NCBI GenBank assembly: GCA_034004685.1
Contig: JAVEWG010000016.1
Location: forward strand, 383-64,382
From: Rhodocyclaceae bacterium
GTDB taxonomy: Bacteria; Pseudomonadota; Gammaproteobacteria; Burkholderiales; Rhodocyclaceae
Length of the DNA stretch: 64,000 nt
Reading direction: 5' to 3'
Shown here: positions 22,952 to 35,514 of the stretch, piece by piece
Layout: each line of letters starts with the position of its first letter
Numbering within the stretch: position 1 is the stretch's first letter
Notes under the pieces: generated by a model
What the model was told of the DNA's origin: nothing
Database searches by the model: none
What the model saw: only the letters and a program-made list of their open reading frames with translations
Program-made: the position numbers and the translations under genes

Positions 22952-23269
22952 CAGGGCCCCCGCCTGCAGTGCCGGCCAGCGGTAGGCTCACCCCCCAGTC
23001 CCCGGAGGAAGCCCCCTGGAGGACCACCGTCCCGACGGCAATCCCGGTTTCGCCCTGCCCAAGATGATCGCTTCATCGCCCTCGCCCCCCATTTGCCCCA
23101 TGACCAGCGCCGTGCCTCTTGACCGACCACCCCACCATGCCAGTCGAACGACGCCATCAACGGGTTCCATAACGTCAGCAAAAACAGTTCCTTGAGCCAC
23201 GCGGCGCCAGCCCGAACCGGCTTGCCACGAGTCAATTACAGCCCCTGTCCGATGGTCTAGGCTTTGAAC

Positions 23270-23698
23270 ATGGACCGCCCCCGCCCCCCCTCTCCCAGCA
23301 CCGCTCCTCCCGGCGAGCCTCCGGGTACGCCGGGGATGGGGCTCGCGGTGGCCGCCGAGGCGTTGTATCTCGTAAACCTGATGGCGGCCCCGGGCCTGGC
23401 CTTCCTGATCCTGGGCTGGCTGTGGCTCACCCGGCGCCATGGCGCCCCGCCCCTGGCCCGCAGCCACCTGGCCCAAACCATGGCCGGCAGCCTGTGGGCG
23501 GGCGTGCTGCTGGTGCTGGCCAACGGCCTCATCATCCTGCTGGGGGGCTACCAGGCCGCTCACACCTGGGTGGTGGTGATCCTTTACTTCACCACCTGCC
23601 ACTCCACCCTCATCTGCTTCGGCGCTCTGGGCCTGGCCCGGGCCCTGGCGGGACAAGCTTATGTCTATCCTCTCATCGGTCGCCCCAGCAAGGACTGA
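23270..23698 (+). CDS. DUF4870-like 4-TM membrane protein
   Basis: Track ORF starts at TTG 23264; the first ATG is 23270. Pro-rich N-terminus, then four helices ending ...ALAGQAYVYPLIG, which resembles the C-terminal G..Y.YP motif of DUF4870. Start is uncertain. Confidence 0.5.
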   Translation: MDRPRPPSPSTAPPGEPPGTPGMGLAVAAEALYLVNLMAAPGLAFLILGWLWLTRRHGAPPLARSHLAQTMAGSLWAGVLLVLANGLIILLGGYQAAHTWVVVILYFTTCHSTLICFGALGLARALAGQAYVYPLIGRPSKD

Positions 23699-24656
23699 GG
23701 CCGGCGCCCTTGCCCGCCCCGACGGGGGCCGCCAACGCCTGCGCCTTTTCGCCCAGATGGGGTTTTTCGTGCTGTTCGTGCTGGCCCCGGTCTTCGATCT
23801 GCTTCGCTACGATCTGCTGGCGGGCCACGCCTGGTTCCTGGGCATGGAGTGGCGGGTGGGTCTGGATGACTACACCGCAGGCCGGATTGGGCTGGGGGAA
23901 GTATGGTCCAACATCGGCCTCAGGATCTTCCTCCCTATTCTGGGGACCGGCGCGGCCCTGATCTGGGTGTCCTGGAAATGGGGCCGCCTCTACTGCGGCT
24001 GGCTGTGCCCCCATTTTTCGGTGGTGGAAACCATCAACCGCCTGATGCGCCACGCCACCGGCAGCCCCAGCCTGTGGGAGCGCCGCCCCTTGCCCCGCCG
24101 GGAGCCGGACGGCACCCCTTTTTCGGTGGACCGCCGCTGGTGGCTGGTCACCCTGCCGGCGGCGGTGGCCTTCGCCTTTTTATGGGCGGTGGTCTTGCTC
24201 ACCTACCTGCTGCCCCCCTTCGAGGTGTACGGCAATCTCTTCCACGGCACGCCAACCCGCAACCAGACCATCTTCCTCTCCGCCGGCACCATCGTGCTGA
24301 GCCTGGAATTTCTGTTCGCCCGTCATCTTTTCTGCCGCTACGCCTGCGCCGTGGGCATCTTCCAGAGCGTGGCCTGGATGGGTCACCGGGAAGCCATGGT
24401 GGTAGGCTTCGACCGGGCCCGGGCCGCCAGTTGCGCCGACTGCGGGTCTGCCTGCGATCACGTCTGCCCCATGCGCCTCAAGCCCCGCAGCATCAAGCGA
24501 ACCATGTTCACCTGCACCCAGTGCGCCCAATGCGTGTCCGCCTGCGAAACCACCCAGCAGGACAACCCCTCGGGGCCCCTTCTGCAATGGGTATCTGGGG
24601 AAGCGGCACGCCACAACGAAGCCGGTCTGCGGGCCGGCGGTCTCCCGAGAAAATAG
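23661..24656 (+). CDS. polytopic 4Fe-4S binding protein of the NapH/NosR/CcoG(FixG) type
   Basis: 331 aa, TM helices, YCGWLCP (CX3CP) and FCRYAC. Two ferredoxin-type clusters: CADCGSACDHVCP and CTQCAQCVSAC. Overlaps the upstream gene by 38 nt (an alternative in-frame ATG is at 23757). Ends 3 nt before norD. Confidence 0.8.
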   Translation: MSILSSVAPARTEAGALARPDGGRQRLRLFAQMGFFVLFVLAPVFDLLRYDLLAGHAWFLGMEWRVGLDDYTAGRIGLGEVWSNIGLRIFLPILGTGAALIWVSWKWGRLYCGWLCPHFSVVETINRLMRHATGSPSLWERRPLPRREPDGTPFSVDRRWWLVTLPAAVAFAFLWAVVLLTYLLPPFEVYGNLFHGTPTRNQTIFLSAGTIVLSLEFLFARHLFCRYACAVGIFQSVAWMGHREAMVVGFDRARAASCADCGSACDHVCPMRLKPRSIKRTMFTCTQCAQCVSACETTQQDNPSGPLLQWVSGEAARHNEAGLRAGGLPRK

Positions 24657-24659
24657 CCC

Positions 24660-26498
24660 ATGGAAGAATTCGTCGGCGGTCTGTGGCACCGCTTCATCAC
24701 CGGCGCGGCCCGGCGCGATCACCCGGCGGCCGCCGTGACCCTGGAGGAGATGGAGCGCACCGCCGGCATCCTGTTTCGCGCCCTGGGAGGGGATTCGGGC
24801 CTGCGGGTGGCGCCGGCAGCGGAACAGACCCATGGCGCCCGCCGCCGCTGGCTGGCGCGCCTGGCCCATATCGAAGACCGGGTGGCAAGCGCCAGCCGGG
24901 ACGCGGAAACCCTGCGCCTGCCCGCCAGCCTGGCCCTCTTCCCGGAGCGGGCCCTCAACCGGGATCTCTACCTGTGGCTGATTGCCCAGGCCGCCGCCTG
25001 CGAACCGGACACGGACGCAGACTGGATCACCGCCAACCAGCACGCCACCTTGCTGACCCTGGAGCGCTTTCCCGGCCTGGCGCCCCGCTACCGGCGTCTG
25101 GTGGAAGCGAGCCTGGCCCTGCGCATCCCCCCGGAGAAACTGCCCAAGGAAGAAGCCGCCGCCGAAATGGCGATCCGCCAGGCCCTGCAAGCGCCCGGCA
25201 GCGTGGCCAAGCTACCCGCCGCCCGCCGTCCGCCCCAGCCGGTGCCCCTGTGGCTGGCCCCCGCGCCCCCAGCCCTGGACCGCCGACAGAAACCCGCCCC
25301 GGCGGATCAAGCCGCGCCCCCCCAGGAAGGCGACAGCCAGGCCGGCGACGACCGCCGCCGCCAGGGCCAGCGGGAAGACACCCCGGATGACCGCAATGCC
25401 TTCATCCTTCCCTTCCGGGCAGAGAGCCTGCTGTCCTTTGCCGAATACGTGAAGGTGGACCGCAAGCTGGACGACGACCCCAGTCCGGACGCCGCCAAGG
25501 CCGCCGCCGACATGGACGTGCTGTCCGTCACCCGAGACGGACAGACCTCCGCCTCCAAGGTCCGCTTTGATCTGGATCTACCCTCGGAATCCGTGGATGA
25601 CATTCCCCTCCAGACCGGCATCCTCCTGCCGGAGTGGAACTGGAAGACCCGGAAGCTGGTAAAGGATCAGTGCAGCCTCACCATTCTGGAGCCGCGAGAG
25701 GCCCAGCCTAGCCCGGTTCCGCCCCATCTTTGCCGGCAGGTACGGCGGGTCCGCCACCAGTTCGAGGCCCTGACCCCCTCCCGGCGCTGGATCCGCAACC
25801 AGCCCGACGGCAGCGAACTGGACATGGAAGCCTGCGTGCGGGCCTGGGCGGATCGCCAGGCCGGCCACCGGGATGCGGACAGCGGCCATTACTTGCGCCT
25901 GGAACGCCATGAACGGGACATGGCCTGCCTGCTGCTGGCGGACCTGTCCCTGTCCACCGATGCCTGGGTCGGCAACGACCACCGGGTGATCGACGTAATC
26001 CGGGACAGCCTGCTGCTGTTCTCCGAGGCCCTGTCCGCCACCGGCGACCGGGTGGGGATCTACGGCTTCTCATCCCTGCGCCGCGGCAACATCCGCTTCC
26101 ACCGCATCAAGGATTTTTCGGAAAAGCACGGCGCCATGACCCGGGGCCGGATCGCGGCCCTCAAGCCCGGCTACTACACCCGCATGGGCGCTGCCATCCG
26201 CCAGGCCACCCGCCTGCTGGCGGAGCAACCCAGCGCCCTGCGCCTGCTGCTGATCCTGTCCGACGGCAAGCCCAACGACTTTGACCACTACGAGGGCCGC
26301 TTCGCCATCGAAGATACCCGGATGAGCCTGGTGGAGGCCCGCCGCCAGGGCCTCAAACCCTTCTGCGTGACCATCGACCAGGAAGGGGCCGGCTACCTGC
26401 CCCACCTCTTTGGCCCCGCCGGCTACACGGTGATCCGCCAACCTTCGGAACTGCCCGCCAGACTACCGCTCCTTTACGCCCAGCTCACCGCCAGTTAG
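24660..26498 (+). CDS. norD: NorD-type von Willebrand factor A protein (nitric oxide reductase activation protein)
   Basis: 612 aa. N-terminal region MEEFVGGLWHRFI...RDLYLWLIAQAAA is typical of NorD. C-terminal VWA with MIDAS ACLLLADLSLSTD, ...LLLILSDGKPND.... Confidence 0.85.
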   Translation: MEEFVGGLWHRFITGAARRDHPAAAVTLEEMERTAGILFRALGGDSGLRVAPAAEQTHGARRRWLARLAHIEDRVASASRDAETLRLPASLALFPERALNRDLYLWLIAQAAACEPDTDADWITANQHATLLTLERFPGLAPRYRRLVEASLALRIPPEKLPKEEAAAEMAIRQALQAPGSVAKLPAARRPPQPVPLWLAPAPPALDRRQKPAPADQAAPPQEGDSQAGDDRRRQGQREDTPDDRNAFILPFRAESLLSFAEYVKVDRKLDDDPSPDAAKAAADMDVLSVTRDGQTSASKVRFDLDLPSESVDDIPLQTGILLPEWNWKTRKLVKDQCSLTILEPREAQPSPVPPHLCRQVRRVRHQFEALTPSRRWIRNQPDGSELDMEACVRAWADRQAGHRDADSGHYLRLERHERDMACLLLADLSLSTDAWVGNDHRVIDVIRDSLLLFSEALSATGDRVGIYGFSSLRRGNIRFHRIKDFSEKHGAMTRGRIAALKPGYYTRMGAAIRQATRLLAEQPSALRLLLILSDGKPNDFDHYEGRFAIEDTRMSLVEARRQGLKPFCVTIDQEGAGYLPHLFGPAGYTVIRQPSELPARLPLLYAQLTAS

Positions 26499-26507
26499 GG
26501 CTTCGCC

Positions 26508-26972
26508 CTACCGCTTTTCCGGGAACAGCAGGACCAGCCGGGTGCCCGCCAGGCGATCATGGAGGAACTGGCGGTCCGGATCGAAGATCGCCCACAGGAT
26601 CCCCACCCCGGACAGCACCGACGGCCAGGCCAGGGTATAGCGCAACCAGCCCCGCCCCAGACTCACGCAGCGGCCGCTGCCCGCCTCCACCAGTTTGAGC
26701 TTCCAGGTCTGCATCGCCAGGGTCTGCCCGCCTCGCCGCCAATACCACAGGAAGTAAGCCCCCAGCACCAGATAGATATGCAGCCAGCCCAGCCAGCCCG
26801 GTTCGGCCACCTGCCACGCCATGCCGGCCAGCAGATTGGGCACTAGAAAAGTGAGGGCCAGCACCCCCAGCAGCAGCAGGCTTTCATAGAGCATGGCGGC
26901 CAGGCGGCGGCGCAGGGTGGCCAGTTCCACCTGTTGGCGTTGGGACGGGGCGGATGGGGGATTGGGGGTCAT
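26508..26972 (-). CDS. RDD family membrane protein
   Basis: Start placed at ATG 26972 (MTPNPPSAPS...). RRLAAMLYESLLLLGV...GGQTLAMQTWKLKLV...FLHDRLAGTRLV matches RDD family architecture. Confidence 0.8.
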   Translation of the reverse strand: MTPNPPSAPSQRQQVELATLRRRLAAMLYESLLLLGVLALTFLVPNLLAGMAWQVAEPGWLGWLHIYLVLGAYFLWYWRRGGQTLAMQTWKLKLVEAGSGRCVSLGRGWLRYTLAWPSVLSGVGILWAIFDPDRQFLHDRLAGTRLVLLFPEKR

Positions 26973-27122
26973 GGAAAGGGCGCCAGAGAGGGCCGGGAGA
27001 AACCCCACCAATGGGGCCAACTACACGGAAAGACGGGGAAAACCGGCGGCGCTCAACCTTGACCAAAACAGGCGCTCCCGGTAAGGTTGCTCGTTTCGGT
27101 TGCGACCACTGAGCGAGACCCA

Positions 27123-28835
27123 ATGATGTTGAGCGGTGCGGAAATTGTAGTCAGGTGCCTGCAGGAAGAAAAGGTTGAGTACGTCTTCGGCTATCCCGGT
27201 GGCGCGGTGCTCTTCCTTTACGACGAACTCTTCAAGCAGGACCAGGTCCGCCACGTACTGGTCCGCCACGAGCAGGCTGCGGTCCATGCCGCCGACGGCT
27301 ACGCCCGTTCCACCGAGAAGGTCGGGGTCGCCCTGGTGACCTCCGGCCCTGGTGCCACCAATGCGGTCACCGGCATCGCCACCGCCTATTGCGACTCTAT
27401 TCCCTTGGTGATCATCAGCGGCCAGGTTCCCACCGCCGCTATCGGTCAGGACGCCTTCCAGGAAGTGGACACGGTGGGCATCACCCGCCCCTGCGTGAAG
27501 CACAACTTCCTGGTCAAGCGCGTCGAGGACATCGCCCCCACCATCAAGAAGGCCTTCTACCTGGCCAGGACCGGCCGACCCGGCCCGGTGCTGGTGGATA
27601 TCCCCAAGGACATCACCAACACCAAGGGCGAATACGAATACCCCAAGAGCATCGCCATGCGCTCTTACAACCCGGTGGTCAAGGGTCATCAGGGGCAGAT
27701 CAAGAAGGCCGTCCAGCTCCTGCTGGAAGCCAAGCGCCCCATGATCTACGCCGGCGGCGGCGTGGTTCTCGGCAATGCCGCCGAACCCCTCACCCAGCTC
27801 ACCCGCCTCCTGGGCGTGCCCATCACCAACACCCTGATGGGCCTCGGCGGCTATCCCGCCAGCGACCGCCAGTACCTGGGCATGCCCGGGATGCACGGCA
27901 CCTATGAAGCCAACATGTCCATGCATTTTTGCGACGTGCTGCTGGCGGTGGGCGCCCGCTTCGACGACCGGGTGATCGGCAACCCGGAGCACTTCGCCGA
28001 GGAACCCCGCAAGATCATCCACATCGACATCGACCCATCTTCCATCTCCAAGCGGGTGAAGGTGGATGTGCCCATCGTGGGGGATGTGAAGGAAGTTCTG
28101 GAAGACATGCTCCGCATCGTCGATTCCGGCCCCCAGCGTCCTGACCAGGAAGCCCTGGCAGCCTGGTGGAAGCAGGTGGACGAATGGCGCGCCCGGGATT
28201 GCATGCAGTACAAGAACGACGCCCAGATCATCAAGCCCCAGTTCGTGATCCAGAAATTGTGGGAAGTCACCGGTGGTGATGCCTTCATCACCTCCGACGT
28301 GGGCCAGCACCAGATGTGGGCCTCTCAGTACTACAAGTTCGACAAGCCCCGTCGCTGGCTCAATTCCGGCGGCTTGGGAACCATGGGCGTCGGCATGCCC
28401 TACGCCATGGGCGCCCAGCTGGCCCATCCTGGCCACCCGGTGGCCTGTGTCACCGGCGAGGCTTCGATCCAGATGAACATCCAGGAGTTGTCTACCTGCA
28501 AGCAGTTCCGCCTGCCCATCAAGATCTGCAATCTGAACAACCGCTACCTGGGCATGGTGCGCCAGTGGCAGCAGCTCTTCCACGGCGGCCGCTACTCCGA
28601 GTCCTACATGGACTCTCTGCCAGACTTCGCCAAACTGGCCGATGCCTACGGTCACGTGGGGATCCGGGTGGACAAGCCCGGCGACGTGGAGGGCGCCCTG
28701 CGGGAAGCCTTCACCACCCACAAGAACGAACTGGTGTTCCTGGACTTCCAGATCGATCCCACCGAAAACGTTTACCCCATGGTCCAGGGGGGCAAGGGCC
28801 TCACCGAGATGATCCTTTCCGCCGAGGACCTCTAA
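27123..28835 (+). CDS. ilvI: acetolactate synthase (acetohydroxyacid synthase) large subunit
   Basis: MMLSGAEIVVRCLQEEKVEYVFGYPGGAVL...HEQAAVHAADGYAR...TSGPGATN... and the ThDP motif GGLGTMGVGMPYAMGA...IQMNIQEL. Track ORF starts at TTG 27087; ATG 27123 is preferred. Confidence 0.95.
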   Translation: MMLSGAEIVVRCLQEEKVEYVFGYPGGAVLFLYDELFKQDQVRHVLVRHEQAAVHAADGYARSTEKVGVALVTSGPGATNAVTGIATAYCDSIPLVIISGQVPTAAIGQDAFQEVDTVGITRPCVKHNFLVKRVEDIAPTIKKAFYLARTGRPGPVLVDIPKDITNTKGEYEYPKSIAMRSYNPVVKGHQGQIKKAVQLLLEAKRPMIYAGGGVVLGNAAEPLTQLTRLLGVPITNTLMGLGGYPASDRQYLGMPGMHGTYEANMSMHFCDVLLAVGARFDDRVIGNPEHFAEEPRKIIHIDIDPSSISKRVKVDVPIVGDVKEVLEDMLRIVDSGPQRPDQEALAAWWKQVDEWRARDCMQYKNDAQIIKPQFVIQKLWEVTGGDAFITSDVGQHQMWASQYYKFDKPRRWLNSGGLGTMGVGMPYAMGAQLAHPGHPVACVTGEASIQMNIQELSTCKQFRLPIKICNLNNRYLGMVRQWQQLFHGGRYSESYMDSLPDFAKLADAYGHVGIRVDKPGDVEGALREAFTTHKNELVFLDFQIDPTENVYPMVQGGKGLTEMILSAEDL

Positions 28836-28972
28836 CCCGGATCCCATACTGGGCGCGGCACCCGCCGCGCCACGGCGGCACGGGCCTTGGGGCTCCGGCC
28901 ACCCGGGTACCGGCATCCGGCCCCATCTTCACGCAGCCTTTGCCCACCTCCAACTCCCAACGAGCGCACCCC

Positions 28973-29464
28973 ATGAGACACGTGATCTCCCTGCTCATCG
29001 AGAACGAATCCGGCGCCCTTTCCCGGGTCTCCGGCCTGTTTTCCGCCCGCGGCTACAACATCGAATCCCTCACGGTGGCCCCCACCGAGGACGCCTCCCT
29101 GTCCCGCATGACCATCGTCACCTCCGGCTCCGACGAGATCGTCGAGCAGATCACCAAGCAGCTCAACAAGCTGGTGGACGTGGTCAAGGTGGTGGACATT
29201 TCCGAGTCGGCCCACATTGAGCGCGAGCTGATGCTGGTGAAGATGCGCGCCGTCGGCAAGGACCGGGAGGAAATCAAGCGCACCTCGGATATCTTCCGTG
29301 GACACATCATCGACGTAACCGAAACCACCTACGTCATCGAACTCACCGGCACCCAGGCCAAGCTGGATTCCTTCCTGGGCGCGCTGGACACCGGTCTCAT
29401 CCTTGAGACCGTGCGTTCCGGGGTCAGCGGCATCGGCCGCGGAGACCGGGTGCTGAAAGTTTGA
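28973..29464 (+). CDS. ilvH: acetolactate synthase small (regulatory) subunit
   Basis: MRHVISLLIENESGALSRVSGLFSARGYNIESLTVAPTED..., an ACT domain. 163 aa. It is the distal part of track ORF 28316..29464. Confidence 0.95.
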   Translation: MRHVISLLIENESGALSRVSGLFSARGYNIESLTVAPTEDASLSRMTIVTSGSDEIVEQITKQLNKLVDVVKVVDISESAHIERELMLVKMRAVGKDREEIKRTSDIFRGHIIDVTETTYVIELTGTQAKLDSFLGALDTGLILETVRSGVSGIGRGDRVLKV

Positions 29465-29539
29465 CCGAATCCGTTTTGGGTCCGGCGGATACCCCGGGTA
29501 TGATGCCCGCCGCCACGACCCTTCGCCCCTGATCGCTGA

Positions 29540-30568
<1,029 letters not shown>

Positions 30569-30584
30569 TCGTCTCCTGCCGATC

Positions 30585-30626
30585 GGGCCGGATGCCGCCC
30601 TGCCGGGCGCATCCGGCCCTTTTCGT
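30585..30626 (+). terminator. Rho-independent terminator after ilvC
   Basis: Stem gggccggatgc (30585-30595) / gcatccggccc (30609-30619), followed by ttttcgtt. Confidence 0.7.
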
Positions 30627-30716
30627 TCACCACCCGTCCGGGAAAACCCCAAGCCCGCCCCCAGAGCCAGCCGCCCCTCGGTTACAATCAGGCGCACCTT
30701 TACGGACTTTGACGCG

Positions 30717-31493
30717 ATGGCCGAACTCCCGACCCGCAATCCCCTACCCCTGGCTGAAAAGCGCCGGCGGGGCATCTACATCCTGCCCAACCTGCTCACC
30801 ACTGCAGCCCTGTTCGCTGGCTTCTACGCCATTGTCCAGGCCATGAATCTGAATTTCGAACAATCGGCAGTGGCCATCCTGGTGGCCATGGTGTTCGACG
30901 GCCTGGATGGCCGGGTTGCCCGCATGACCCGCACCCAGAGCGCCTTTGGCGCCGAATACGACTCCCTCTCGGACATGGTCTGCTTCGGCGCGGCCCCAGC
31001 CCTGGTGGCCTACGAATGGGCCCTCAAGGGCATGGGCAAGCTGGGGTGGATCGCAGCCTTCATCTATTGTGCCGGGGCGGCCCTGCGGCTGGCCCGTTTC
31101 AACACCAACATCGACGTGGTGGATAAGCGCTTCTTTCAGGGCTTGCCCAGCCCGGCGGCGGCGGCCCTGATCGCCGGCTTGGTGTGGGTATCCATCGACA
31201 ACGGCTTCAGCGGCGACGACCTGCGCTGGTATGCCTGCTTTCTGACCATCTTTGCCGGCCTTACCATGGTCAGCAATGTTTTCTACTTCAGTGGCAAGCA
31301 CATCAACCTGCGCCGCAGCGTGCCCTTCTTCGTGGTACTGGTGATGATGCTGGCCTTTGCCCTGGTCTCCATCGACCCGGCTCTGGTGCTGTTTACCCTG
31401 TTCCTGTGCTACGCCGCCTCCGGCTATGTTCGCCTGGCCTGGCAATGGCGGCGGGGCAAGCCCTCCGCTAAACCCCCCGTTCAACCCGAGTAG
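30717..31493 (+). CDS. pssA: CDP-diacylglycerol--serine O-phosphatidyltransferase
   Basis: CDP-alcohol phosphatidyltransferase motif ...DGLDGRVARMTRTQSAFGAEYDSLSDMV.... 258 aa, polytopic. Confidence 0.9.
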   Translation: MAELPTRNPLPLAEKRRRGIYILPNLLTTAALFAGFYAIVQAMNLNFEQSAVAILVAMVFDGLDGRVARMTRTQSAFGAEYDSLSDMVCFGAAPALVAYEWALKGMGKLGWIAAFIYCAGAALRLARFNTNIDVVDKRFFQGLPSPAAAALIAGLVWVSIDNGFSGDDLRWYACFLTIFAGLTMVSNVFYFSGKHINLRRSVPFFVVLVMMLAFALVSIDPALVLFTLFLCYAASGYVRLAWQWRRGKPSAKPPVQPE

Positions 31494-31522
31494 GCGCCAG
31501 GGGGCAGGCCGCCGCCAGGAGC

Positions 31523-31673
31523 CTGTCGGACTTGGGAGATCGTAGCGAGCTGCGGGAGAGAGTAAGGACGGATTTGCCCGATCTTGAGGCGCACAGTGGC
31601 GCCATGCAACGAAAATCGGGCAGATATGGACCGCGCTGACACCGGCGCAGTAGATCACTCCCAAGTCCGACAG
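31523..31673. repeat. 151-bp long-hairpin (MITE-like) element with 16-bp perfect terminal inverted repeats
   Basis: ctgtcggacttgggag at 31523-31538 and its exact reverse complement at 31658-31673. Nested roughly concentric stems: tgcccgat 31575-31582 / atcgggca 31615-31622, and ggcgc 31588-31592 / gcgcc 31599-31603. No credible ORF. Confidence 0.45.
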
Positions 31674-31678
31674 ACGCC

Positions 31679-33897
<2,219 letters not shown>

Positions 33898-33910
<13 letters not shown>

Positions 33911-35373
33911 GGATCCACCTCGAACTGGAATAGCTCCACGCCGGTGGTCTGCATGTCCAGGCTCAGCAGCCGCCCCTGGGCTACATAGAGCCCCTTGCCC
34001 TCCTGGACAAAGATAAAGCGCCGTGACAGGCAGGACCCCGCCGGCGCCAGAACAGCCTGATTGCGCCGCACAGCCCCCATGGGGCGCAGGAGCAAGGCAT
34101 GCACCAACTCCCCCCAGTCGGTACCCCGGAACCCTAGCCGGATCGGCACAGGGCCCTCGGCCACCACCTGCAAACCGAGTTCCAGGTGACTGAGGCGATC
34201 CCCCCGGATCCAGCGCACGATGCAGAGGGTCCAGACCTCCCCTGGGTTGGCGCGCAAGGCCACAGCCATTCCTGCCTCGACACCTTCGCCGACCGGGCCG
34301 GCACTCAGGATGGCGACCCCCCCAGGGCTTTCATTAAAAACCGAACATCGCTGGACGGGCGCCCTTTGCTCACCCCGCTGGAGCACATCCCAGATGGCCT
34401 TGAGTCCAACACACACCTCCACCTCGTAGTGCTTGCTGCGGCGCGGCTGATCCCTCTGGGGCGGCATGGACCAGAACTCCCGCAGACGCAGCAGCAAGCC
34501 ATGCAATTCTCGCCGCGACAAACCCAGAGGCAAATCAGCCTCATCCGCCATGGCAGGCCCATCCTCGGGGCTATCGGAAAGCGCCCCACCCGGAATTGCT
34601 TCGAGCCATTCGATGCGCTCCGAGATCCGCTTGACCAGCACCCCGGTGGTCAGATGCAACAGCCCGTCCACCGCTGGCGGAGGGCGCCGGAGCACCGCTA
34701 CCGGCGCCATATCCTGGGCCGGATCCACCCAGAAACCGCCGCTGACGGACTCCGCCAAACTGATCAAATCAACCAGATCAGCATGGTCTGCAAGGAAATC
34801 CCCAACCCAAACGATCTCTCGCGCCGATAGCGCCTCCGCCTGAACCGCCGCGCCAAGCAGCAATCGCTTGTAGGCCTGAATCAACCGGGCCGAACGCTGC
34901 TCGTTGCTCGCCGAGTGGAACAAGGCGTGGGCAAAGCGCCACAAATCATTTGGAACCGCCATTCGAGCCATGGCCGCCAAGGTCCAGGCCTCGATCAGCA
35001 ATTCCATCCCCGCGGCAAAATCCTCTCCCGCAGAAGACTTGTGCTCCCTTGCGCCAATCTGGCGGGGTAGCAACACCAGGCCGGCGCTCTCCACCAAGAT
35101 CCCCACCAGCCGCCGGATCGGAAAATGGAGGGTCGCCGGCAAAGGCAGGGGGGCGGTCTGGAGCAAGGGACGAAACCGACCGGCCAAATCGAGCAGGCGC
35201 TCGTAAAAAGATCCCCCTCCCCCAGGAGACGGAGCAACGGCCGACCCTGCGCCCATCAATTCACGACACAACACCTCCGCTTGCGCCAATTCCACCATGG
35301 GATCGGCGCCCGGTTCGTTCCTCAGCCAATCGCCAAGGATATCCATGCAGGTCGGAGCGGCTGAATCACTCAT
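33898..35373 (-). CDS. hypothetical protein with C-terminal PilZ-like domain
   Basis: Start placed at ATG 35373 (MSDSAAPTCMD...); the longest ORF (to 35535) would overlap pyrF. C-terminal part carries RDQPR (RxxxR) and, 34 aa later, NESPGG (D/NxSxxG), the two c-di-GMP binding motifs of PilZ. The N-terminal ~330 aa are unrecognised. Confidence 0.6.
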
Positions 35374-35514
35374 TGCCCGTATCTGGTCAAAATCCAAGTC
35401 TTGATTGTAAAGCCTGGCGCTCACATCGCCGCGGCTGATCTCCTTGCCCGGGCAAAAGGAGTTTCCCCCAGGGGCTTGAGACGGGATAATCCTGCTTTTT
35501 CTTGCGAGCGCTCC

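Noticed and set aside
27087-27122. A TTG-initiated 12-codon stretch upstream of ilvI, considered as an ilv attenuator leader peptide.
   Set aside because: It is in frame with ilvI with no stop, has no run of Val/Leu/Ile codons, and no terminator follows.
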